Shown: positions 46,098 to 53,099 of the stretch, in pieces
How the letters are laid out: every line of letters begins with the position of its first letter
How positions within the stretch are numbered: position 1 is the stretch's first letter
Origin: Candidatus Saccharimonadota bacterium
Lineage (GTDB): Bacteria; Patescibacteriota; Saccharimonadia; CAILAD01; BJGX01
NCBI GenBank assembly: GCA_046350735.1
Contig: JAXLZU010000001.1
Coordinates: forward strand, 140,530-204,529
Direction: 5' to 3'
DNA: 64,000 nt
Program-made: the position numbers and the translations under genes
Notes under the pieces: generated by a model
Told to the model about the DNA's origin: nothing
What the model saw: only the letters and a program-made list of their open reading frames with translations
The model's database searches: none

Positions 46098-47790
46098 CCG
46101 TAATGCCGTTGCCGCCATCCGCGTTTCGACCACTAAACAGGGTCGTGACGGTGACTCGCCCGAAGCTCAAAAAGAGCAAATAGAGCGCTTCGCGCAGAAT
46201 AAAGGTATTACCATCAAGAAGTTCTTTGTCTTCATGGAATCAGCCAGCAAAGAGCAACAGCCGATGCAGGAAGCCATAGATTACTGTAAGAACAAGGAAA
46301 ACAACGTAGATTTGTTTATTATTAAGTCGATAGATCGATTCACCCGTGGCGGGTCACTATCGTATGACCTGCTCAAAACCCAGCTGGATCGCTGTGGTAT
46401 TACACTTATCGATACCTACGGCGTTATTAGCCAGGAACAAGTTAATACGTTGGAGCATCTTGGACATAGCTACAAATGGAGCACCTACTCACCGAGCCGT
46501 AAGTCTGAGATGCTGGAAGCCGAGCGATCCAAAGATGAGGTCAGAGACATTTTAAGCCGTGTGATCGGTGCCGAAATCCGCTATACCAAAATGGGCTACT
46601 ACATGCGTAGACCACCCTATGGGTTTATGAGCGAAAAGGTAGAAACCCAGCACGGTAAGCGCACCATCTTGAAGCCACACACCGAAGAGTCCAAGTTCAT
46701 TATTAAGCTATTTGAACTGCGAGCCAGCCGACAATTTACCGATAAAGAAATAGCTACTAAGCTGAACGACATGGGCTACCGCGGACGGACACAGTACCGC
46801 CGCTCAAAAACAGACCGCAACCGTATTATTGGCAAGACCGAAGGTACGCTGCTAGATGATAAGAAAGTCTGGAGAATCGTCAGAAACCCCATCTATACCG
46901 GCATTATTGTTGAAAAGTGGACGAAATATCAGCCAGTCAAAGCTATGTTTGATGGGCTAGTATCAGTTGAGCTGTTTAACCGAGCCAACAAAGGTAAGCG
47001 CACTATTATTGAAATGCCCGGTAACAAAATCGCTATTACTGACAATGTCGCTACCAGAAACGCCACCCCGCAAGGTACACGCAACAATGACTTTGCTTTT
47101 AAGCACTACGTGATGTGCCCACAGTGCAATAAACCACTATCCGGCAGTACCTCACGCGGTAAAACTGGAAAATACTACTCGTACTACCACTGTGACAAAC
47201 GCGGCCATAAATTCAGAGTCAGTAAAGAAGATTTGGAAACTAAAATATACAGCTTCATTGATGGCATGGCGTTCTCCGAGGAGCGTATCGACAAAGTGTT
47301 TGCCATTGTTCGAAAGAAATACGAGCAGCACATCGCCACCTACGAGGCTCAGACAACAGCACTAAACGGACAGAGTACCACGCTTGAAGCCAAGGCTAGA
47401 GAACTCACCAGAAGCTTTGCAACCATCGCCCCATCAGCCCAGAAATACGTTAACGAGGAGCTGGAGGATATAGATATACAAATTAAGCGTTTAGCGCTGG
47501 AAAGGACGAATATGGAGAGCAAGAAACCCATGGATATAGATAAAGTTTTGAGCAGAATCAAGAAGTTTTCCGAAAACATTGGTCAGGCTATTGCTCAACA
47601 GAGTAACGACATCAAAAAAGCCCAGCTTTTCGGGCTATTATTCAAGACTTTGCCAACCTACAATGATTTAACTTTCCGAAACCGAAAAACACCCCTTTTT
47701 ACAGGGGTGCATCCGGTCTTCAATCTTCTCGCCACCGATAATCTACATTTGGTGACCCCAAGGGGAATCGAACCCCTGTTGCCAGGATGA
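46081..47790 (+). CDS. Large serine recombinase (integrase)
   Basis: Catalytic 'AAIRVSTTKQGRDGDSPEAQ' with 'KSIDRFTRG'. Recombinase domain ('PPYGF', 'WRIVRNPIYTG'). Zinc ribbon 'CPQCNKPL...YYHCDKRGH' and a coiled-coil C-terminus. The ORF runs 41 bp into the antisense strand of tRNA-Glu. Confidence 0.85.
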   Translation: MRQQANRNAVAAIRVSTTKQGRDGDSPEAQKEQIERFAQNKGITIKKFFVFMESASKEQQPMQEAIDYCKNKENNVDLFIIKSIDRFTRGGSLSYDLLKTQLDRCGITLIDTYGVISQEQVNTLEHLGHSYKWSTYSPSRKSEMLEAERSKDEVRDILSRVIGAEIRYTKMGYYMRRPPYGFMSEKVETQHGKRTILKPHTEESKFIIKLFELRASRQFTDKEIATKLNDMGYRGRTQYRRSKTDRNRIIGKTEGTLLDDKKVWRIVRNPIYTGIIVEKWTKYQPVKAMFDGLVSVELFNRANKGKRTIIEMPGNKIAITDNVATRNATPQGTRNNDFAFKHYVMCPQCNKPLSGSTSRGKTGKYYSYYHCDKRGHKFRVSKEDLETKIYSFIDGMAFSEERIDKVFAIVRKKYEQHIATYEAQTTALNGQSTTLEAKARELTRSFATIAPSAQKYVNEELEDIDIQIKRLALERTNMESKKPMDIDKVLSRIKKFSENIGQAIAQQSNDIKKAQLFGLLFKTLPTYNDLTFRNRKTPLFTGVHPVFNLLATDNLHLVTPRGIEPLLPG

Positions 47791-47824
47791 AAACCTGGTG
47801 TCCTAACCGCTAGACGATGGGGCC
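47750..47824 (-). tRNA. tRNA-Glu (anticodon UUC)
   Basis: Reverse complement folds: acceptor ggcccca/tggggtc (one G-U pair), D-arm 'gtctagcggttaggac', anticodon stem ccagg/cctgg with loop 'tTTTCat', T-arm agggg-ttcgatt-cccct, CCA. Confidence 0.8.
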
Positions 47825-47926
47825 TGACGGCTGTTTTTAACCTTAAAATAGTACCACAAATAGTCGGTTCAATCAAGAATGTTGAAGAAAGTAAAATTTG
47901 TAGGTATAGTAACCATAAGGATATTT

Positions 47927-48649
47927 ATGGAAACACGAAGCAACTCAGACTTTAGTGGCGACAGACTAACTCTTAGTGATATTGGAGTTAGTAAGGACGA
48001 TTTGCAAGCCGAGCTAGAGGCTATTAAGCAAACCCCAGATAATGTAGTACAAATGAGCGACTATAGGCCAGTAGAAGACCAGACTGAGATAGACAAAAAA
48101 CATGCTATTGCAGAAAGAAAGAAAAAGGTAAAAGCCATTGCCTTAGCAGGAGCAGCCTTGCTAGGTACAGCCAAGTTTGGCTACGAAATGTTTCGCGAAA
48201 AAGTTCATCCTGCAGAGCGAATTGTTTCTGCCGAAGCATTAACTACAGCAAGAGACATCGAAATAACAGATGTTGCACCAGGTGATGAAATTGAGGTTTC
48301 ACCATTTTCTTACACCATTACTGGTGGAAATGTTCGTACTAGCCCAGGTGTTGATATTAATAACGAAAACCTTGTTAACACAGACTTATCTGGCAAAGTA
48401 ATTACTCACCCTATAGAAGTTGCTGACGTGTCAAATGCAAAAAATGGTGATTGGTTTGTTTTTTATGACAGTGAAGGTCAAAAGTTTGCAGTGAACGAAC
48501 AAAATGTAGCCGTAGTGCCAGACAATAGTATTACCGAAACCAGAGATATAACGGTAACCGTTGATAAAACTACCAACTTTGGAATTATTGCTCATGATGG
48601 CAATAATATCTCAATGCAGGTTGCAACAGTAGTTGAAGTAAAAAGTTAA
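47927..48649 (+). CDS. Hypothetical protein
   Basis: Start chosen at 'METRSN' after RBS 'aagga' (the track ORF begins at 47879). One TM-like segment 'AIALAGAALLGTA'. Confidence 0.4.
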   Translation: METRSNSDFSGDRLTLSDIGVSKDDLQAELEAIKQTPDNVVQMSDYRPVEDQTEIDKKHAIAERKKKVKAIALAGAALLGTAKFGYEMFREKVHPAERIVSAEALTTARDIEITDVAPGDEIEVSPFSYTITGGNVRTSPGVDINNENLVNTDLSGKVITHPIEVADVSNAKNGDWFVFYDSEGQKFAVNEQNVAVVPDNSITETRDITVTVDKTTNFGIIAHDGNNISMQVATVVEVKS

Positions 48650-48703
48650 TAAATTACTATTTATAGCTAATAAAAGCATAACCATTTCTGGTATCATAAA
48701 GAT

Positions 48704-50239
48704 ATGAAAATAGATGCCAGTAAATTTAAAAAAACCAAAATTGTTGCCACTATTGGCCCAGCCAGCGAAGAAAAGATAGAGCAACTATTGGCAGCGGGGG
48801 TAAATGCGGTACGTCTTAACTTTAGTCATAACACCCATAACTGGCACGCTAATGTCTTAAAAAATGCTCGACTAGCAGCCAAAAAGCTTAACCGATCGGT
48901 GGCTGTTATTGCTGATTTGCAAGGGCCCAAAATTCGCTTAGGAACGTTGCCCGAAGGAAGTATAGAACTACGTACCGGGCAAAAGTTAGAGCTTTGTGCT
49001 CACAAAAATTGTGCCGATAAGCATTTGCCTATTCAGTTTGATTTTTCTGGCCTAGTAAAGAAGGGCGACAGCGTATTTTTACGTGATGGTAGTATTCGTA
49101 CAGAAGTGGTAAGCGTTAAAGATGGCGTAATACACGTTGAGGTAAAAAACTCTGGCAAGGTTTCGAGTAACCACGGGATTAATTTGCCCGACACCGTATT
49201 CGATTCAAAATCTCTTCTTACACCCAAAGATCTTAAAGATTTAGAATTTGTATACAAAAATGATGTAGACTATGTCGCGCTCAGCTTTGTACAAACTGCC
49301 AACGATATTGTACATTTACGGAAATTATTAGGGCAACATAAAAGCGAAGCACGTATTATTGCAAAGATAGAAACTCGCATTGCAACGCAAAACCTAGAAG
49401 AAATTATAGCTGCTAGCGACGCAGTTATGATAGCCAGAGGCGATTTAGCCACCGAGACAAGCAACGAAGACGTTCCATTAATAGGTAGGGAGATAATTCA
49501 GCTAGGTAGGCAATATAAGAAACCTGTTATTATGGCTACGCAAATGCTCGAGAGTATGATTAGCAGCCCGCAACCGACTCGGGCAGAAGTAAATGACATT
49601 GCTAGTGCAGTAAGCCTAGGAGTGAGTTGTGTAATGCTTTCTGGAGAAACAGCTATGGGGCAATACCCAGTGCAGACTGTAGAGCTTATGAAACGGGTGA
49701 TATTAAAAAGTGAACACTACTTTGTAGAAAATCGGTTAGAAATAGATTTTGTACCAGACAAAAATATTAATGATGCTATTGTACCGATTGAATACAGCCA
49801 AGAAGTAGGCAGTCTAGAACGTCTTATTACAGGTTCTCGTAAAATATTTGGCCATTCGTTTCATTCGGGTAGGTTAGCAGGAGAAGAAGCCCAAACTAGT
49901 GTAAGCTTGGCAGCAATTACACTAGCCCAACAAGTAGGGGCTAAGCTTATATTGGCAGAAACACTCACCGGTAGTACGGCACTTTCTATTGCATCACTGC
50001 GCCCACCAATGCCAATTATTATAGCTAGCCCTAATGAGAGAGTATGCAACCAAATGGCAATAGTATGGGGTGGTAAACCATTTTTGGTTTCAAAAAGACG
50101 TGAAATATCAGAAAAAATTATTAAAGATTTATACAAGAGGGGTAACGTGCAAAAAGGCGATTGGATAGTGCAAGCCTTCGGCAAGGCTCGTGGAGTAGCG
50201 GGTGGAACAGACACTATACGACTAGTAGAAGTTAAGTAG
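48704..50239 (+). CDS. pyk: Pyruvate kinase
   Basis: 'KTKIVATIGPAS', 'VRLNFSHN', 'IIAKIETRIA', 'MIARGDLATE', 'MLSGETAMGQYP'. Confidence 0.95.
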   Translation: MKIDASKFKKTKIVATIGPASEEKIEQLLAAGVNAVRLNFSHNTHNWHANVLKNARLAAKKLNRSVAVIADLQGPKIRLGTLPEGSIELRTGQKLELCAHKNCADKHLPIQFDFSGLVKKGDSVFLRDGSIRTEVVSVKDGVIHVEVKNSGKVSSNHGINLPDTVFDSKSLLTPKDLKDLEFVYKNDVDYVALSFVQTANDIVHLRKLLGQHKSEARIIAKIETRIATQNLEEIIAASDAVMIARGDLATETSNEDVPLIGREIIQLGRQYKKPVIMATQMLESMISSPQPTRAEVNDIASAVSLGVSCVMLSGETAMGQYPVQTVELMKRVILKSEHYFVENRLEIDFVPDKNINDAIVPIEYSQEVGSLERLITGSRKIFGHSFHSGRLAGEEAQTSVSLAAITLAQQVGAKLILAETLTGSTALSIASLRPPMPIIIASPNERVCNQMAIVWGGKPFLVSKRREISEKIIKDLYKRGNVQKGDWIVQAFGKARGVAGGTDTIRLVEVK

Positions 50240-50274
50240 CCGCGCCAATCTAAAGTTGTTATACTTATAAGCAA

Positions 50275-51048
50275 ATGAATCTCCCCCGTAAAATTATTAT
50301 TGGTAATTGGAAGCTAAACGATACTATCGCTGAGGGTACAGTATTGTTGCAAAAAATTCACCAAGAACTAAAGGGTGTTTCGACTACAACTATTGTAGTT
50401 TGCCCACCTGCCACACACCTCTACCCGCTCCATAGAGAACTAGCTAGCTTTAAGACTGATCCTAAAATTCAGCTTGGGGCTCAGAATATTTCTGACTATG
50501 AGGCAGGGGCACACACCGGAGAAGTTTCTGCTGCTATGATACGTGAGTTAGCCAAATATACTATTGTCGGCCACTCTGAGCGCCGTACTCATTATGGCGA
50601 GAGTGATGATCAAATAACGCGCAAAGTAGCTATCGCTCTCGAGCACGGCTTGCAGCCCATTCTTTGTGTTGGCGAAAACTTAGCACAACGTCACGACGGC
50701 AAAGCCCACCAGGTAGTACTAGACCAATTAAATAGTGATCTTTCTGACGTAACTGCCGATGAGATAAAAAGAATAATAATTGCCTATGAGCCAGTCTGGG
50801 CAATTGGCACCGGTACGTTTGCTAAGCCGGGCGAAATAGAAGATATGTTGCGTCTTATTCGTAACGCACTAGTACAACGGTTTGGACGATTGGCTAGCAC
50901 TGATAGCCGCATTGTATATGGAGGTAGTGTTGATGGCGAAAATGCCAAAGCAATTATGCACTTGCAGGGCTGTGATGGTGTATTGGTAGGGGGTGCCAGT
51001 CTAAAGCCAAAAGAATTTGCAGCAATTGTGCGTGCCGCCCTTAGCTAA
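50275..51048 (+). CDS. tpiA: Triosephosphate isomerase
   Basis: 'IIGNWKLN', 'VGHSERR', 'AYEPVWAIGTG', 'YGGSV'. Confidence 0.95.
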   Translation: MNLPRKIIIGNWKLNDTIAEGTVLLQKIHQELKGVSTTTIVVCPPATHLYPLHRELASFKTDPKIQLGAQNISDYEAGAHTGEVSAAMIRELAKYTIVGHSERRTHYGESDDQITRKVAIALEHGLQPILCVGENLAQRHDGKAHQVVLDQLNSDLSDVTADEIKRIIIAYEPVWAIGTGTFAKPGEIEDMLRLIRNALVQRFGRLASTDSRIVYGGSVDGENAKAIMHLQGCDGVLVGGASLKPKEFAAIVRAALS

Positions 51049-51107
51049 ATATAGAAATTACTTCATATAATTGCTATAATGTAGCAGAAATTAACCGGAG
51101 AACATCA

Positions 51108-51626
51108 ATGTCACTCTTAGATATGACTTATGGCGAAAAGGCCCCAAATATTGTAAATACTGTAATAGAAAACTCTAAAGGTAGTAGACTTAAAATTGAA
51201 TTTGATAGAGAACTAGATAATTTTGTATTAGATAGAGTACATCAAACACATCTTGGTAGTCCGTCTGAATATGGCTTTGTGCCTTCTACGCTAGACGAAG
51301 ATGGCGATGCATTAGACGTTTTGCTTATTTCTGACGACCCTATGCCAATGGGTTTAATTGTTCCTACACGGGTAATTGGTGTGATGTATATGATAGACAG
51401 CGGTGAGGTAGATAATAAGTTAGTAGGTGTACCTGCCGATGATAAACATTATGATGATATTCAGACCATTGAAGACGTCAGTGAACACTGGAAGAAAGCT
51501 GTTCAGCACTATTTTGAGCATTATAAAGATCTAAAGGGCGACAAAGTAGAGATTAAAGGCTTTGCAGGTATCGACGAAGCTACCAAGATCTTTAATGAGT
51601 GTGTAGAGCGCTATAATAATAAATAA
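51108..51626 (+). CDS. ppa: Inorganic pyrophosphatase (family I)
   Basis: 'DGDALDVLLISD', 'DSGEVDNKLVGVPADD'. Confidence 0.9.
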   Translation: MSLLDMTYGEKAPNIVNTVIENSKGSRLKIEFDRELDNFVLDRVHQTHLGSPSEYGFVPSTLDEDGDALDVLLISDDPMPMGLIVPTRVIGVMYMIDSGEVDNKLVGVPADDKHYDDIQTIEDVSEHWKKAVQHYFEHYKDLKGDKVEIKGFAGIDEATKIFNECVERYNNK

Positions 51627-51675
51627 TAATTCGTGCTACAATCTGATAGTCATAATCTAGCCTAAAGGGGTAGAG

Positions 51676-52089
51676 ATGAAGATCTTTGTTTGTTGTAGTA
51701 AAGCGTTTTATCCAAAAGTCTCACCAATCAAACATCAGTTAGAAGCAATGAGACACACCGTAACTTTACCCAATAGTTATGACAATCCGGGTAGAGAAGT
51801 AGAAATGCATAGCTTAGGCGCCAGAGAGCATGCGCAGTGGAAAGCCAGTATGCTTCGCTTGCAAAAGCAAAAAGTAGAAGACTGTGATGTTATCTTGGTA
51901 CTTAACTTTACCAAAAATGGCGTGCCTAACTATATCGGTGGAGCAACTTTTCTGGAGATGTACATGGCTTTTGAGGCTAGTAAACCAATTTTTCTGTACA
52001 ACCAAATTCCCGAAGGGATGCTACGTGATGAAATACTGAGTTTTGAACCAACTGTAATTAATGGCGATCTTCATTTAGTTAGGACCTAG
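51676..52089 (+). CDS. Nucleoside 2-deoxyribosyltransferase-like protein
   Basis: 'MKIFVCCS...' and 'CDVILVLNFTKNGVPNYIGGATFLEMYMAFEASKPIFLY' fit the D...G(T)xFExGYAxAxGKP pattern of that fold. Confidence 0.35.
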   Translation: MKIFVCCSKAFYPKVSPIKHQLEAMRHTVTLPNSYDNPGREVEMHSLGAREHAQWKASMLRLQKQKVEDCDVILVLNFTKNGVPNYIGGATFLEMYMAFEASKPIFLYNQIPEGMLRDEILSFEPTVINGDLHLVRT

Positions 52090-52109
52090 AAATCTAGGTT
52101 CTTTTTTTA
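52083..52109 (+). terminator. Hairpin plus T7 terminator
   Basis: 'gacctaga-aa-tctaggttc' followed by 'ttttttt'. Confidence 0.55.
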
Positions 52110-52127
52110 TGTTAGAATGTATCTAAC

Positions 52128-52603
52128 CCGCAAGCGTTTCGGGTTCTACGACGGCTTGGCTTTGCCGAACCTCCCTATGTCAACGGAAAAAATAGATCAG
52201 GAACGAAAAGCGGGAGAGAAAAAGCAAACGCTACTCGATGTGCTAGGGCAAAAGTGCTAGACCGACGCCTTTATGGGGGAAGTTTGGCAAACTAAGCCCA
52301 CTGGCCCAGGCGACAAGCCAAAGCGAGAAACAGCACATAGTGTGGGATTAGATACCCCACCAACCAGAGCACGTAGGTACACTTGGTAATGCCGGTACCC
52401 TGCGCCGGACGGGCAAAGTGCCCCATTTTGTACCACCTCCACTGCACGCAGCCGCGGTAAGAGTGGTGTAGGGTAGTGTGATTGCGCCAAGCAGTTGCAT
52501 TGCCAAACCGGAATAGAAGCGCCTTGGCGTGTAAATTCCAACCATCACCGGTGTGGTGGGTAGAGATGTTCACCTTGTCTCTGCCCACCCACCGGGTTTT
52601 TTT
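52128..52603 (+). ncRNA. Candidate structured noncoding RNA (~480 nt) of unknown class, with promoter-like -10 and a strong intrinsic terminator
   Basis: No credible ORF. The minus-strand ORFs here are low-complexity and one of them overlaps dut. 'tagaat' -10-like element at 52116-52121. A 17-bp GC-rich stem 'ccggtg(t)ggtgggtagag...ctctgcccacccaccgg' plus T8 at 52547-52603. Internal motifs: 'ggattagatacccc' and 'gcagccgcggtaa' (exact 13-mers of universal 16S rRNA sites); 'gcggtaagag' (RNase P-like); 'gggcaaa(a)gtgc' occurs twice. Confidence 0.35.
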
Positions 52604-52655
52604 ATTCTTCGTGCGCTTTTTGTTCGCCGCTAAATATTCATAGTACAATAGAGTT

Positions 52656-53099
52656 ATGACAAAAAAACTTACTATAAAAGTAAAAAGATTCGATACAACA
52701 CTACCCTTGCCAGAGAGAAAGTCTGACGGTGCAGCCTGTTTAGATCTATCTGCCAGAGTCGACGTAATTATAGAGCCAAAAAGTTTTGGTAAGATACCCC
52801 TTAATGTAGCTGTACAGGTACCAAAGGGGCATTGGGTGATGTTGGCAGCACGCAGCTCGACCCATAAGTTAGGGTTGCTACCTGCTAATGGGATTGGTAT
52901 AGGTGATGAAGACTTTTGTGGTAATGACGATGAGTACCAATTTTTGGCATACAACCCAACAGAACAACCAACTACAGTAGAAAAAGGTACTAGAGTTGCT
53001 CAAATGATGGTATTACCATACGAAATACCAGAGATAGTAGAAGTGGATGAAATGAAATCTGAGAATAGGGGTGGTATTGGGAGTACTGGTACAAAATAA
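52656..53099 (+). CDS. dut: dUTP diphosphatase
   Basis: Five dUTPase motifs in order: 'AACLDL', 'ARSST', 'GIGDEDFCGN', 'RVAQMMV', 'RGGIGSTG'. Confidence 0.8.
   Translation: MTKKLTIKVKRFDTTLPLPERKSDGAACLDLSARVDVIIEPKSFGKIPLNVAVQVPKGHWVMLAARSSTHKLGLLPANGIGIGDEDFCGNDDEYQFLAYNPTEQPTTVEKGTRVAQMMVLPYEIPEIVEVDEMKSENRGGIGSTGTK

Larger units (their letters stand above)
37230..47824. mobile_element. Putative integrated mobile element (integrative/mobilisable island) of higher GC than its flanks, carrying a DGR and ending beside tRNA-Glu
   Basis: There is an abrupt base-composition change by eye, with GC-rich genes between AT-rich flanks. Gene content: PLD-like protein, XRE HTH, VirD4/TraG-like coupling protein, reverse transcriptase, replication-relaxation-like protein and a large serine recombinase whose 3' end abuts tRNA-Glu. 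Imperfect similarity (13 of 18) between 37247-37264 and the tRNA-Glu 3' end 47750-47767. The boundaries are approximate. Confidence 0.55.

Noticed and set aside
52300-52500. A 16S rRNA gene or fragment, suggested by exact 'GGATTAGATACCC' and 'GCAGCCGCGGTAA' matches
   Set aside because: The two motifs are in the wrong relative order for either strand and are only ~100 nt apart. No other long collinear 16S segments are present. Reported as an odd ncRNA locus rather than as rRNA.
52128-52603. Specific assignment of the ncRNA locus as tmRNA or RNase P RNA
   Set aside because: I could not find the tmRNA tRNA-like ends (5' GGGG...GAUUCGAC, 3' T-arm plus CCA). I could not find a convincing P4 pairing or an ordered set of conserved regions for RNase P. 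Only short motif resemblances exist.
52257-52954. Minus-strand ORFs 52292..52954 (220 aa), 52257..52541 and 52348..52548
   Set aside because: The 220-aa ORF overlaps the well-supported dUTPase gene on the other strand and translates to low-complexity sequence. The region is better explained as a noncoding RNA locus with its own terminator.
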